DNA of 64,000 nt from an uncultured Sedimenticola sp. GTDB lineage: Bacteria; Pseudomonadota; Gammaproteobacteria; Chromatiales; Chromatiaceae. Shown in pieces: positions 40,702 through 52,709 of the stretch (its first letter is position 1; every line of letters begins with the position of its first letter). The notes under the pieces were generated by a model. It had not been told where the DNA came from and searched no databases. It was given only the letters and a program-made list of their open reading frames with translations. Both the position numbers and the translations under genes were made by a program. The DNA is taken from contig CAYMWJ010000003.1 in the NCBI GenBank assembly GCA_964394235.1, forward strand, positions 10,896-74,895, written 5' to 3'.

Positions 40702-41019
40702 ATGAACACGCAAATGACGACACTATTCGACGGTGACCTGCTGGAAGACGACGTGGAACTCAGCCTTGCCGAGCTGAGCATGGCCTGCCGCCTGCCGGCC
40801 GAAACGGTGCTGGAGATGGTCGAATATGGCCTGATCGAACCACTGGGCCGCGATCCCGCGCACTGGCGGTTCAGTGGCCTGAGCGTGCAGCGGGTGCGTT
40901 GCGCCCAGCGCCTTCGCGCCGACCTGGGGGTCAACCTCGCCGGGGCCGCGCTGGCGCTCGACCTGCTCGACGAGATCGCACGCCTGCGCGGCCGCTTGCG
41001 CCGCCTGGGGGGCGAGTGA
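40702..41019 (+). CDS. cbpM: Chaperone modulator CbpM
   Basis: EMVEYGLIEP...RLRADLGVNLAGAALALDLLDEI; follows cbpA. Confidence 0.9.
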   Translation: MNTQMTTLFDGDLLEDDVELSLAELSMACRLPAETVLEMVEYGLIEPLGRDPAHWRFSGLSVQRVRCAQRLRADLGVNLAGAALALDLLDEIARLRGRLRRLGGE

Positions 41020-41999
41020 ACGGGGGCGCGCCGGGCATCGACCCGCTGGTCTGGGAGGAGCATGCCTGGCGCAACCGCCTGCAGTCGCTGTTCCTGCTGG
41101 CGGTGATGGGCGGCTTCATGGGCTTGCTCGGCTGGTTGCTGTGGGGCGAGACCGGGGTCTGGATGATGCTGTTCACCACGGCGCTCGGTGTGGCCTTCAA
41201 TCCCGGCATCTCGCCGCGCTGGGTGATGCGCCTGTACGGCGCCAGGCCACTGCGGCGCGAGCAGGCCCCCGAGCTGTTCGAGATCGTGGAGACTTTGGCG
41301 CAGCGCGCGGGCCTGGCGCGACCGCCGGCCCTGTACTGGGTACCCAGCAGCATGCTCAATGCCTTTGCCGTAGGCACGCCAGAGCAATCGGCCGTCGCGG
41401 TCACCGACGGCCTGCTGCGCAATCTCGACCTGCGCGAGCTGAGCGGGGTGCTGGCGCACGAGATCAGCCATGTGCGTAACCGCGACCTCTGGGTGATGGG
41501 GCTGGCCGACCTGTTCAGCCGCGCCACCAGCACCTTGTCGCTGTTCGGCCAGTTCCTGCTGCTGGCCAATCTGCCGTTGATCCTGCTCGGCAGTGCGGCC
41601 ATCAGCTGGTCGGCTATTCTGCTGTTGGTGTTCGCGCCCACGCTCAGCGGATTGGCGCAACTGGCGCTGTCTCGCACCCGCGAGTACGACGCTGACCTGA
41701 ATGCCGCGCGGCTGACGGGCGATCCCGACGGTCTGGCCAGTGCGCTGGCCAAGATCGAGCGCGTCCAGGGTAACTGGCTGGAGCGTATCTTCCTGCCCGG
41801 CCGCCGGGTGCCTGAGCCCTCCCTGTTGCGTACCCATCCCGAGACCGCCGACCGCATCGCGCGGCTCATGGAACTCAAGCGACGCATGGGGCCGACCATC
41901 TCTCTCGCCGGTTTGCCGGGCGGCGCCCTGCATCTGCATGGCCTCGGCGGCCCGGTCCAGCGGCACCCTGGCTGGCACCTGAGCGGCCTCTGGCACTGA
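41016..41999 (+). CDS. htpX: M48 zinc metalloprotease HtpX-like
   Basis: NAFAVG, VTDGLL, HEISH, SRTREYDAD, LASALAKI, THP. Confidence 0.9.
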   Translation: MNGGAPGIDPLVWEEHAWRNRLQSLFLLAVMGGFMGLLGWLLWGETGVWMMLFTTALGVAFNPGISPRWVMRLYGARPLRREQAPELFEIVETLAQRAGLARPPALYWVPSSMLNAFAVGTPEQSAVAVTDGLLRNLDLRELSGVLAHEISHVRNRDLWVMGLADLFSRATSTLSLFGQFLLLANLPLILLGSAAISWSAILLLVFAPTLSGLAQLALSRTREYDADLNAARLTGDPDGLASALAKIERVQGNWLERIFLPGRRVPEPSLLRTHPETADRIARLMELKRRMGPTISLAGLPGGALHLHGLGGPVQRHPGWHLSGLWH

Positions 42000-42013
42000 C
42001 CTGAGCAAGTATC

Positions 42014-42170
42014 GGGTGTCGCTTTTTGCGACACCCTGCAGAGGACGCAGAGCCCACAGCGCGGGCAGGGGAGGCATGGAAGCAGCCCCGGTTCCACATG
42101 ACTGACCGATCATGGTGCTCGGCCACCAGAGACTCGGAAAAACTCTTTGCGTTCGGTGTCCTCTGTGGTC
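42014..42170. repeat. Degenerate periodic hairpin element preceded by a perfect GGGTGTCGC-TTTTT-GCGACACCC hairpin
   Basis: Left gcagaggacgcagag, right ctctttgcgttcggtgtcctctgtggt. Confidence 0.6.
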
Positions 42171-42188
42171 AATCCTTCAGCTCGATGA

Positions 42189-42225
42189 ATTGCAAAAACC
42201 TATCGTTTATTTTTGAACATTCAAT
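42189..42225. promoter_or_regulatory. Candidate OxyR-type operator upstream of the Prx-Grx gene
   Basis: ATTG-N7-CTAT-N7-TTTT-N7-CAAT, with a LysR T-N11-A core. Confidence 0.5.
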
Positions 42226-42297
42226 TTCCCTAATCGGTAGGCAGCTGCAATACTCCTCCTGTATTCGATAGCAACAGCCCAGGACAGGAGAATGACC

Positions 42298-43044
42298 ATG
42301 CAGAATCGTGAAGGACAAACCGTACCCAGCGTCGTCTTCCACACCCGCGAGAACGGGGAGTGGAAGGACATCCACAGTGACCAGATCTTCAAGGGCCGCA
42401 CCGTGGTGCTGTTCGCCCTGCCAGGCGCGTTCACGCCCACCTGCTCTTCGACCCACCTGCCGCGCTACAATGAGCTGGCGCCGGTGTTCCACGAGAACGG
42501 GGTGGACGAGATCGTCTGCCTGTCGGTCAACGACGCCTTCGTCATGGAAGCCTGGAGGGAGGACCAGGAGGCGGAGAACGTCACCCTGATCCCCGACGGC
42601 AACGGCGAGTTCACCGCCGGCATGGGCATGCTGGTGGACAAGTCCGATCTCGGCTTCGGCAAGCGCAGCTGGCGTTACTCCATGCTGGTGCGCGACGGAG
42701 TGATCGAGAAGATGTTTATCGAGCCGGATGTGCCGGGCGATCCCTTCGAGGTCTCGGACGCCGACACCATGTTGAACTACATCAACCCGAAAGCGCGCAA
42801 GCCGCGGGCAATCAGCCTGATGACCAAGCCTGGTTGCCCCTTCAGTGCCCGTGCCAGGACGATGCTCGAAGAGCGCGGCATGCCCTACGAGGAGATCGTG
42901 CTCGGTCACGACGCCACCATCCGCTCGTTGCGTGCCATCACCGGCCGCGAGACGGTGCCCCAGGTGTTCGTCGATGGCCAGTGCATCGGCGGTTCCGATG
43001 AACTCGCGGCCTGGCTGGCCGAACAGGCGCCGCAGGCCGCCTGA
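42298..43044 (+). CDS. Peroxiredoxin 5-glutaredoxin hybrid (PgdX-like)
   Basis: [39 protein letters not shown]; Grx domain KPGCPFS...TVPQVF.DG..IGGSD. Confidence 0.93.
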   Translation: MQNREGQTVPSVVFHTRENGEWKDIHSDQIFKGRTVVLFALPGAFTPTCSSTHLPRYNELAPVFHENGVDEIVCLSVNDAFVMEAWREDQEAENVTLIPDGNGEFTAGMGMLVDKSDLGFGKRSWRYSMLVRDGVIEKMFIEPDVPGDPFEVSDADTMLNYINPKARKPRAISLMTKPGCPFSARARTMLEERGMPYEEIVLGHDATIRSLRAITGRETVPQVFVDGQCIGGSDELAAWLAEQAPQAA

Positions 43045-43086
43045 GTGTCTTTCTTCCGTCCATTCGCGGACGCGTAATCCAGAAAC

Positions 43087-43127
43087 CCTCCCTCTCCGCT
43101 CGTGGAGAGGGCCGGGTAGGGGGAGGG
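43087..43127. repeat. Degenerate CCCTCTCC/GGAGAGGG-type REP-like palindrome
   Basis: ccctccctctccgctcgtggagagggccgggtagggggaggg. Confidence 0.45.
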
Positions 43128-43143
43128 CGGGTTTTGCGCTACT

Positions 43144-43171
43144 CTTGATCGAGGCGGTGTCGCCCTCATTT
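43144..43171 (+). promoter_or_regulatory. Candidate sigma32 promoter for ftsH-degP
   Basis: CTTGATC-N13-CCTCATTT. Confidence 0.55.
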
Positions 43172-43206
43172 CCCGATGCCGGACAACCGAGAACAAGGAC
43201 AACCCC

Positions 43207-45099
<1,893 letters not shown>

Positions 45100-45139
45100 A
45101 TCAGGCCAGCATGCGCCTTTTTCCTCGAGGATCCGAGCC

Positions 45140-46273
45140 ATGCAATCCCCCAGCGATCCCTATCTGGCGCGTCTGCGCTGGCTGACCTGGACCTTCGTTC
45201 TGCTGTTCGTGTTGTGGCAGTTCCTGCCACTGGTGCAGCACTGGCTGATCGGCATGAGCGCCGAGCCGCGTCCGGTCACCGCGCGTGGCGACCTGGCCGC
45301 CGACGAGCAGGCGACCATCGCCATCTTCGAGCGCGCCAGCCCGTCGGTGGTGTTCATCACCACCCGCCAGCGCGTGGTCGACTTGTGGACGCGCAATGTG
45401 TTCAGTGTGCCACGGGGTACCGGTTCGGGGTTCGTGTGGGACGACCTGGGCCATATCGTCACCAATCACCACGTGATCGCCGGCGCCTCCGAGGCCCAGG
45501 TGCGACTCAACGATGGACGCAGCTATCGTGCGGTACTGGTCGGCAGCAGTCCGGCGCACGACCTGGCGGTGTTGCGCATCGACGTCAAGTTCGATCGCCC
45601 GCCGCCGGTACCCATCGGCACCAGTCATGATCTGAAAGTGGGACAGAAGGTGTTCGCCATCGGTAATCCCTTTGGCCTGGACTACACGCTGACCGGCGGG
45701 CTGGTCTCGGCGCTGGATCGTTCGCTCACCGAGGAGAATGGTGCACGCATCGAGCACCTGATCCAGACCGACGCGGCGATCAACCCCGGCAATTCGGGGG
45801 GGCCATTGCTCGACAGTGCCGGGCGCCTGATCGGCATCAACACCGCCATCTACAGTCCGTCCGGTGCCTACGCGGGTATCGGCTTCGCGGTGCCGGTCGA
45901 TACGGTCAATCGGGTGGTGCCCGAGTTGATCGCGCGTGGACGTTACATCCGCCCCAGCCTGGGGATTCGCAGCGACCAGCGCCTCAGCCGTCTGGTCACC
46001 GAACAGCTCAAGGTGCCGGGCGTGCTGGTGCTCGAGGTCACGCCGGGATCGCCCGCCGAACAGGCCGGGTTGCGTGGAACCCGCATTGGGCCGAACGGTG
46101 AGCTGGTGCCCGGTGACATCCTGCTTGCCCTCGATGGCCGGCTGCTCGATTCGATCGATACCTTGCAGGCCCGCCTTGGCGATTACCGCCTCGGCGACCG
46201 GGTGCGCCTGAAGCTGTGGCGCAACGGTGAGGTGCACGAGGTGGAGGTGGTGCTCGACCAGGACGGCGGCTGA
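45140..46273 (+). CDS. Trypsin-like serine protease with one PDZ domain (DegP/HtrA-like)
   Basis: GTGSGF, VTNHHV, DLAVL, AINPGNSGGPL; C-terminal PDZ. Confidence 0.93.
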   Translation: MQSPSDPYLARLRWLTWTFVLLFVLWQFLPLVQHWLIGMSAEPRPVTARGDLAADEQATIAIFERASPSVVFITTRQRVVDLWTRNVFSVPRGTGSGFVWDDLGHIVTNHHVIAGASEAQVRLNDGRSYRAVLVGSSPAHDLAVLRIDVKFDRPPPVPIGTSHDLKVGQKVFAIGNPFGLDYTLTGGLVSALDRSLTEENGARIEHLIQTDAAINPGNSGGPLLDSAGRLIGINTAIYSPSGAYAGIGFAVPVDTVNRVVPELIARGRYIRPSLGIRSDQRLSRLVTEQLKVPGVLVLEVTPGSPAEQAGLRGTRIGPNGELVPGDILLALDGRLLDSIDTLQARLGDYRLGDRVRLKLWRNGEVHEVEVVLDQDGG

Positions 46274-46389
46274 GTTCGGCATGGCAAGGCCGTGCCGGGC
46301 GAAGAATCTCGGTCGCCGGTGCGGAAGCGGGCGCCCGGACCGAGCCACCTGCTGGCGTTGTGGCTGGAAGCAAAAATAAAGGGGAGAAA

Positions 46390-46466
<77 letters not shown>

Positions 46467-46671
46467 TGAGCAAGCCGCCCGCCAGGACGGGGACGGCGAA
46501 GAAGGTCTATTCTAACATCGACCGTTGCCTTCTGTGCAGCGGATTTGCCGTTCGTCGGGTACAGCGCTTTACAAAGGGGGGCACTCGACCATAGGATCCT
46601 TGGGGCTATATGGACAACTACTGTAAAGCCCTCCATCAGAAGGGGGACGTGCAAGACCTGGAGGAGTCGAA

Positions 46672-47220
46672 ATGGCGCGCAAGCTGACCTGGGCCACGGG
46701 CCTGCTGATCTTTTTCATGGGCATTGTCTTTACCGGCCTGTTCAACATGGGGCTGGCCTATACCAATGAGCTGGAGTTCTGTACCTCCTGTCATTCCATG
46801 CAGACCAATCTGCGGGAGTACAAGGAGACGGTGCACTACAAGAATGCCTCGGGGGTGCGGGCCATCTGTTCCGATTGTCATGTGCCCAAGGCTTTCGTCC
46901 CCAAGATGATTGCCAAGATCGCGGCGGCCAAGGATGTCTGGGGTGAACTCACCGGCAAGCTCGACACGCCCGAAAAATACGAGGCGCATCGCTGGGAGAT
47001 GGCCAACGCGGTCTGGGACAAGATGAAGGCGACCAATTCGCGGGAGTGCCGCTCCTGCCACGACTTTGGCGCCATGGCCTTCGACGAGCAGGACCGGAGC
47101 GCCCGCAAGCGCCACGCGCGCGCCGAGGAGCGAGGCGAGACCTGCATCGATTGTCATACGGGTATTGCCCACGAGGAGCCGGAAGAGCCAGAGGACGCCG
47201 CACAGGCAAGCGAGGGCTGA
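46672..47220 (+). CDS. NapC/NirT family membrane-anchored tetraheme cytochrome c
   Basis: N-terminal TM; CTSCH, CSDCH, CRSCH, CIDCH. Confidence 0.93.
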   Translation: MARKLTWATGLLIFFMGIVFTGLFNMGLAYTNELEFCTSCHSMQTNLREYKETVHYKNASGVRAICSDCHVPKAFVPKMIAKIAAAKDVWGELTGKLDTPEKYEAHRWEMANAVWDKMKATNSRECRSCHDFGAMAFDEQDRSARKRHARAEERGETCIDCHTGIAHEEPEEPEDAAQASEG

Positions 47221-47221
47221 A

Positions 47222-48169
47222 ATGGCTAGAGACATGAGATTTTGGGCGGGGGTGGTCCTGGCATGGGCGCTGATCGGCCCGCTGGCGCTGGCTGCCGAGA
47301 AAGAGGTCGAATTGCGTGCCGCTGCCACCGTGGGCGATGTCGACTACATGCGCGAGTTGCTGGATCGGGGGGCTGACGTCGATGCGCCCAACAAGTACGG
47401 CAAGACGGCGCTGATGATGGCGGTGGAAAACGGCAATATCGCGGCGGCCTCGTTGCTGGTCTCCCGGGGTGCCGATGTCAACCGGCGGACCGTTGCCGGT
47501 TGTACCGCGCTGACCTTTGCCGCCGAGAACGGTGAGACGGAGTTGTCCGCGCTGTTGCTGGAGAAGGGGGCCGACATGGCGGCGCGGACGCGTGCCGGCT
47601 GGAATGCCCTGATGATCGCCAGCCGCTATGGCCTGGCGGACATGGTCGAACAGTTGCTCTTCAAGGGAGCGGAGACCGAGGTTGTCGACAAGGAGGGGCA
47701 GACGGCACTGATGATGGCGGCCGCCGGTGGGCATGTGCCGGTCCTGCGCCTGCTGCTCGAGCATGGGGCCAACATCGAAGCGCGGGATCGCCTTGGACGC
47801 ACCGCGCTGACGCTTGCCGCCTCGCATGGCCAGGTCGGGGCGATGAAGGAACTGCTGGCGCATGGCGCCGCGGTGGATGCCCCGACCAAGGACGGGGCCA
47901 CCCCGTTGATCTGGGCCGCCAGCCAGGGTCAGGAGGCCGCCGTGGCCCTGCTGTTGCAGGAAGGCGCAGATGTGAACGCGCGCGATGCCGATGGGGTGAC
48001 CGCCCTGATGGAGGCGGTCAATGTCCGTTCACCGGAACTCGTGAGGTTGCTGCTCGAGTATGGGGCCGATCCCTTGTTGCGCAACAGCGATGGCAAGACG
48101 GCTTACGAGATGGCCAGAGGCGGGCGCAACCGCCAAGTACGAGCGGTTCTCGAACGCTACATGAACTGA
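47222..48169 (+). CDS. Periplasmic ankyrin repeat protein
   Basis: Signal peptide; repeated G.TALM.AA..G...V..LL..GA.V units. Confidence 0.92.
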   Translation: MARDMRFWAGVVLAWALIGPLALAAEKEVELRAAATVGDVDYMRELLDRGADVDAPNKYGKTALMMAVENGNIAAASLLVSRGADVNRRTVAGCTALTFAAENGETELSALLLEKGADMAARTRAGWNALMIASRYGLADMVEQLLFKGAETEVVDKEGQTALMMAAAGGHVPVLRLLLEHGANIEARDRLGRTALTLAASHGQVGAMKELLAHGAAVDAPTKDGATPLIWAASQGQEAAVALLLQEGADVNARDADGVTALMEAVNVRSPELVRLLLEYGADPLLRNSDGKTAYEMARGGRNRQVRAVLERYMN

Positions 48170-48408
48170 CGATCATGAACAGTCGCTTCCCATCACCTCG
48201 TAGATGCAAAGATGCGGTGGGTTCTTTCGTGGTCGTTTTTCACCACAGAGGACACAGAGCGCACAGAGATCAACGATAGCAAATGGCAAGGTGGACCTTC
48301 CCGCGGGCATCGGACGGACCGTCGGTCGCGGTTGACAATCCCGCCAAGACAGCCCTCGCTTCAACCCCTCTGTGATCTCCGTGTGCTCTGTGGTGTTGAC
48401 TTCCACAC
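48170..48408 (-). repeat. Inverted copy of the CACAGAG/CTCTGTG-periodic hairpin element
   Basis: ctctgtgatctccgtgtgctctgtggtgttgacttccacac is the reverse complement of the 9144/31437 left end. Confidence 0.85.
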
Positions 48409-48440
48409 GAAAAATCCCGCCGGTTCGGCGGGATTTTTCG
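48408..48440. terminator. Bidirectional terminator
   Basis: cgAAAAATCCCGCC-ggttc-GGCGGGATTTTTcg. Confidence 0.8.
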
Positions 48441-48458
48441 TTGGGTCGTGCAGGGGGC

Positions 48459-49073
48459 TCACTTGCTGCCCAGTGCGTGGATGATGGCCTCGTAGTCTTC
48501 TTTCTTGAGCTTCTTGAACTTCTTCTTCATCTTCTTTGGCATCTCGCGCTCACCCGAGGCAAACAGCTCGAACTGGTGGCGCAGGTATTCCATCCACTGG
48601 CCACCCAGGATGCCGGCATCGTCCTCGGGGTCGGTGCCGAAGTCGGTATGGCACTTCTTGCACTTGCGCTTGAAGAGTTTCTCGCCGCGTGCGACCAGCT
48701 TGGGATCGGTCTCCTGCTCGCCTGCGTGGCTCTTGAAGGTCTGCCTGGAGTAGTACTCGGCGATGGCCTTGATGTCGTCCTCGCTCAGCTTCTTGGCGAT
48801 TTCGACCATGTCGGTCTCGGTGCCGTCTTCCTCCTTGAACTTGAGGCCCGGGCGTTCACCACTTCGGTAGTCCTCCAGGGCGTCCTCGATGTATCTGGCC
48901 GAGTAGCCGGCGATATTGGGCACCTTCGGGTGGGTGCTGTTGCCATCCTTGCCATGGCATTCGCCACATTCCTGGGCCAGACTGTTGACATCGGCGGTAC
49001 TGGCGACCGGCACGATGGCAAAAGTCAGTCCTGTGCCGAGCAGGAGGGTCGCGAGGGTTCTTGTTCTCAACAT
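48459..49073 (-). CDS. Diheme cytochrome c, FccA/c4-like
   Basis: Signal peptide; CGECH and CKKCH; ILGGQW.EYL...F...R.MPKKM resembles the flavocytochrome c heme subunit. Confidence 0.85.
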   Translation of the reverse strand: MLRTRTLATLLLGTGLTFAIVPVASTADVNSLAQECGECHGKDGNSTHPKVPNIAGYSARYIEDALEDYRSGERPGLKFKEEDGTETDMVEIAKKLSEDDIKAIAEYYSRQTFKSHAGEQETDPKLVARGEKLFKRKCKKCHTDFGTDPEDDAGILGGQWMEYLRHQFELFASGEREMPKKMKKKFKKLKKEDYEAIIHALGSK

Positions 49074-49195
49074 GATGGATATGCTCCTTCGGTCGTGATT
49101 TCCTGAAGACGCCCGGCTGTGGGCGTCGCGAACGATGGCGGTCGTCGCACGTGCATTCTAAATGTCGTTTCCCGGTCCTTGTCCAGTAGTTTGCG

Positions 49196-49945
49196 TCAAG
49201 GTCTGTGTGGCAGCGGGCGGATGGCATGAGGAAAATCCGGGTTGCTCCAACCGGGTCGGGCCAGCCTTGCCGCGGGTGGACGCAGGTGGGAGACATACGA
49301 GAGGACGGCGTTCTCGTCATGTCGGCTGAAAGCACGGATCTGTCGGGCCATCTTGCGATCGGCATTGCGTCGCTTGCCGCTGCGGATGTGGTCGAACTGA
49401 CGCTTGAGGTAGTTGAAGTGCTGCCCCTGCAGCCGGGGAATGTGGTCTTCGGCATCGCCTTCACCCTGCTTGCCATGGCATTCCGCACACTGCTCGGCAT
49501 AGATGGCTTGCCCTTCGGACAGCAGGTGTTCGGGGCCGCGACCATTATGGGGCGTCATGGGCAGCGAGGCCACATAGGCGGCCACGTCAGCGATCTCTTG
49601 TGCCCCGCCGAGCACACGGGGCGAGGTGAAGGCACGCATGATGGGATTGACGCGGTTGCCGGCGCGGATGTCGGCCAGTTGTTTGATGATGACGCTGGCG
49701 AGCTGGCCGGCGATCTGTGGGTAGGCCCCGTCTTCGCGTCCCCAGCCTTCCGGGCCATGGCAACTCACGCAATAGACATACAGGCGACGCCCGTTCTCCA
49801 GGTCGGGAGCGAGAGACAGCGCGGCTGTGAATTCCGTCAGGTCTGCCGCCATTGTGGCTCGGCCGGAGATCAGTAGGAAAGCGGTATGAAGCAGCACGTT
49901 CAGGAGTCCGCTGGAAAATCGACACCTTGTCATACGGAATATCAT
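49196..49945 (-). CDS. Diheme cytochrome c4-like (start may be 49933)
   Basis: CVSCH and CAECH; YPQIAGQ, IPRLQGQHFNYL. Confidence 0.87.
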   Translation of the reverse strand: MIFRMTRCRFSSGLLNVLLHTAFLLISGRATMAADLTEFTAALSLAPDLENGRRLYVYCVSCHGPEGWGREDGAYPQIAGQLASVIIKQLADIRAGNRVNPIMRAFTSPRVLGGAQEIADVAAYVASLPMTPHNGRGPEHLLSEGQAIYAEQCAECHGKQGEGDAEDHIPRLQGQHFNYLKRQFDHIRSGKRRNADRKMARQIRAFSRHDENAVLSYVSHLRPPAARLARPGWSNPDFPHAIRPLPHRP

Positions 49946-50133
49946 GATTATCTAAACTACTGTTCTGTATTTGAAAACGCAATGATCCGGTGCTATAAAG
50001 CGGATGATCTCACAGAGCCCACATACCGATAAGGGGTATCCGGGCGGTGAGATCGGGGGCAGGGACCGTGCCGCATGGCCCCTTCCCGTGTAGATCGAAA
50101 TCATTTGCCACGACCTCATCAAAGGGGAGAGTC

Positions 50134-52566
50134 ATGAACAGGAAAGCGATAGCGCTCGCGGTTCTGGGCGCCGTGTTTGTTGCCGGCTGTGCGCCGCAGC
50201 AGACGGCCAAGGCGCCAGACTCCGGCGCCACGGCGGGTACCGCCACCGCCGACGTCACCAAACCAAAGAATGATTACAACATCACGGTGAACTACGAGCT
50301 GGGCATGCACTGCACCGGCTTCGACTTCACCTACTGCTGTGTGCTGCCGCCGTACAACTCGGTGCAGTCCCAGGTCATCAAGACCGCCGATGGCCCCAAG
50401 GCCTATCCCGAGTTGCTCGAAGCCGACGAAAAGGACCACACGGTTCTGGTCGATGGCAAGAAGCGCTTCAAGCTGGCCTATGGCCACATCGACAATACCT
50501 ATTCCGAAGGTGCCAAGCTGGCCTACTGGAACGTGCCCTACGATGTGGATGGCGATGGCAAGTGGGAGAAGAACGAGAACGTGGCCAACGCCTACTTCAC
50601 CCACCTGTACGTCTACAAGGACCTGAAGGGTTCCAACCCCAAGGGCACCAGCAAGGACAGTGAAAAGCTGTTCGTGGGTATCCAGATCCCAGTCCCGCAG
50701 GACAATGGCCCGGCCGGCGCCGCGGTGCCCAGTCCGATGAAGGGAGGGCACCTGCACTACACCGGCGAGAAGGGCACTATCGTGTTCACCAAGTCGCCGG
50801 TGCTGGACAATGTGCCCATCGTGCTGACCAACCCGGGTATCTGGGATGCGTTGGGACTGCCGCTGACCCCGTTCACCGACACGGTGGCAGCCAAGAACCC
50901 GCTGACCCTGGTCGAGTCCGACATCCAGCCTTACCAGATGGCCCAGGTCACCCTGGTGGATGCGGACACCGGCAAGCCGGTCATCGACTCGCACTCCGGC
51001 AAGCCCGTGAGCTTCGTGGGTACCAGCCCGATCGACATCCCCAACTGCGCCAACTGTCACGCCAACGAGACGGCCAATGGTGACAAGTACACCCTGTACA
51101 AGCAGGAGAAGGCCTTCTGGAAGGGCCTGGGGGCGTCGGACTGGATCGCCAATCTGAAGGCGACCTCCATCTCCATCATGGAGATCCACGACGACAAGAA
51201 CGGTACCGACTTCCTGAAGAACTACAGGCCGAACAGCCGCGACATCAGCAACCGTCTTGGTCGTGACCCGGTGCTGTGCCAGAAGTGTCACGCGGACAAC
51301 GTGATCGGCGTGCTCCAGTCCAAGACCCACAAGGAGGATGGCAAGGAGAAGCTTATTCCCCCGCTGACTCAGGCAATTCATACGGTGCACCAGATGAAGG
51401 CGCCGCTGCCCGACTCGCAGGGCCGTACCGCTGCCTGCCAGGGTTGCCACCCGGCGCACCGCCAGGACGGCAGCATGGAAGGCTACCCGATCACCCCGGA
51501 TGGCAAGAACGCCTACGCGGACGCGGACAACCGTGATGCTGCGGGCGGCTGCTACGTGGGGCGTGACGTGCACTCCAACCCCGGCAAGGATCGTGACGGT
51601 GTAGGCACCAGGGAATACCTCAACGCCATCGGCCAGTGGCTGCAGGACAACGTCTCGCAGATCGGAAACGGTCAGGGCGGCAAGGGTCTGTGGTGCACCA
51701 ACTGTCACAACCAGCTGAGCCGTGAACTGTACCAGCGTGACAATCTGCAGAATGCCTTCCTGCAGACCGGCACCACGCTGCGCAACAAGTCGCTGGAGGA
51801 GATCGCAGCCGGCATCGGTGTCTCCATGGACCAGCTCAAGGCCATGATGGACCCGAAGGTGGTGCTCAACGAGAAAGGTGAGGACACGCCCGGCAAGTCC
51901 GAGATCCTGCACACCTGGGCCAAGGATCGCCTGGTCCCGGATATCGCGGTGATCGCACTGAAGGGTGATGCTCCGCTGGTGCACAAGGACGAAGACGGCG
52001 ACATCAACGTGGTGCCCCTGTCGGCCAACCCGGCGGTGGACATCGCCTCGCTGAAGCTGCCGGAAGGGGCTACCGGTGCCGCCGCGGTGCCGTATGACGC
52101 TGCCACGCATGGTCGTGACTACTGGCTGTCGCCAGGTGCGCCGCACTGTGCCGACTGTCACGCTGCGCCCTTCGTCGAGGGTCAAGGTGGGGTGGCCTTC
52201 CCCATCAACCAGCCGGGCAAGTACAGCCTGATGCGCTACACCAAGGGTCATGCTGGCATCGCCTGTCAGGGCTGCCACGAGTCGATCCACGGCCTGTACC
52301 CGGTGACGCCTGAGGTGGACAAGACCACCTATGCACAGGCCGCCATGTACAACCCCGATGGTTCGCACGGTCCGCTCAAGTGTGCTTCCTGCCACGAGAC
52401 CAACTCGGACGGTGTGCCGCTGATTGCCAAGCACCAACCGGACGAGGAAGAAGTGGCCGACCGCCACGAGTGGAAGGGCAAGCCCATCGAGCATGACTTC
52501 GAGGCTGCCGTGCAGTGGATGCACGCTTATGCCCCCGACCTTGGAGGCAAGATCCCAGAGGAGTGA
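50134..52566 (+). CDS. Uncharacterised heptaheme cytochrome c lipoprotein (810 aa)
   Basis: Lipobox VAG-C; seven CxxCH motifs (CANCH, CQKCH, CQGCH, CTNCH, CADCH, CQGCH, CASCH); extra Cys in GMHC...YCC and GGCYVGRDVH. Confidence 0.9.
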   Translation: MNRKAIALAVLGAVFVAGCAPQQTAKAPDSGATAGTATADVTKPKNDYNITVNYELGMHCTGFDFTYCCVLPPYNSVQSQVIKTADGPKAYPELLEADEKDHTVLVDGKKRFKLAYGHIDNTYSEGAKLAYWNVPYDVDGDGKWEKNENVANAYFTHLYVYKDLKGSNPKGTSKDSEKLFVGIQIPVPQDNGPAGAAVPSPMKGGHLHYTGEKGTIVFTKSPVLDNVPIVLTNPGIWDALGLPLTPFTDTVAAKNPLTLVESDIQPYQMAQVTLVDADTGKPVIDSHSGKPVSFVGTSPIDIPNCANCHANETANGDKYTLYKQEKAFWKGLGASDWIANLKATSISIMEIHDDKNGTDFLKNYRPNSRDISNRLGRDPVLCQKCHADNVIGVLQSKTHKEDGKEKLIPPLTQAIHTVHQMKAPLPDSQGRTAACQGCHPAHRQDGSMEGYPITPDGKNAYADADNRDAAGGCYVGRDVHSNPGKDRDGVGTREYLNAIGQWLQDNVSQIGNGQGGKGLWCTNCHNQLSRELYQRDNLQNAFLQTGTTLRNKSLEEIAAGIGVSMDQLKAMMDPKVVLNEKGEDTPGKSEILHTWAKDRLVPDIAVIALKGDAPLVHKDEDGDINVVPLSANPAVDIASLKLPEGATGAAAVPYDAATHGRDYWLSPGAPHCADCHAAPFVEGQGGVAFPINQPGKYSLMRYTKGHAGIACQGCHESIHGLYPVTPEVDKTTYAQAAMYNPDGSHGPLKCASCHETNSDGVPLIAKHQPDEEEVADRHEWKGKPIEHDFEAAVQWMHAYAPDLGGKIPEE

Positions 52567-52619
52567 TCCTTTGGACCCGGGAAGCCGGTCGACCCCCGGG
52601 TCGGCCGGCCCTTCAGTCG

Positions 52620-52646
52620 ACAGGGGGTTATGCCCCCTGTTTTTCG
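52620..52646 (+). terminator. Putative terminator or attenuating hairpin after the multiheme gene
   Basis: ACAGGGGG-ttatg-CCCCCTGT-ttttc. Confidence 0.55.
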
Positions 52647-52709
52647 TGGGGCCAGCGGCGCGTGTCGTGCGAACTCAAGGCTCCGCACGCTGTTGGAGTA
52701 CATCACAGC

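Noticed and set aside
50134-52566. Atypical CX15CH heme site as in MccA/SirA
   Set aside because: No Cys pair with that spacing followed by His is present; only seven canonical CxxCH motifs were counted
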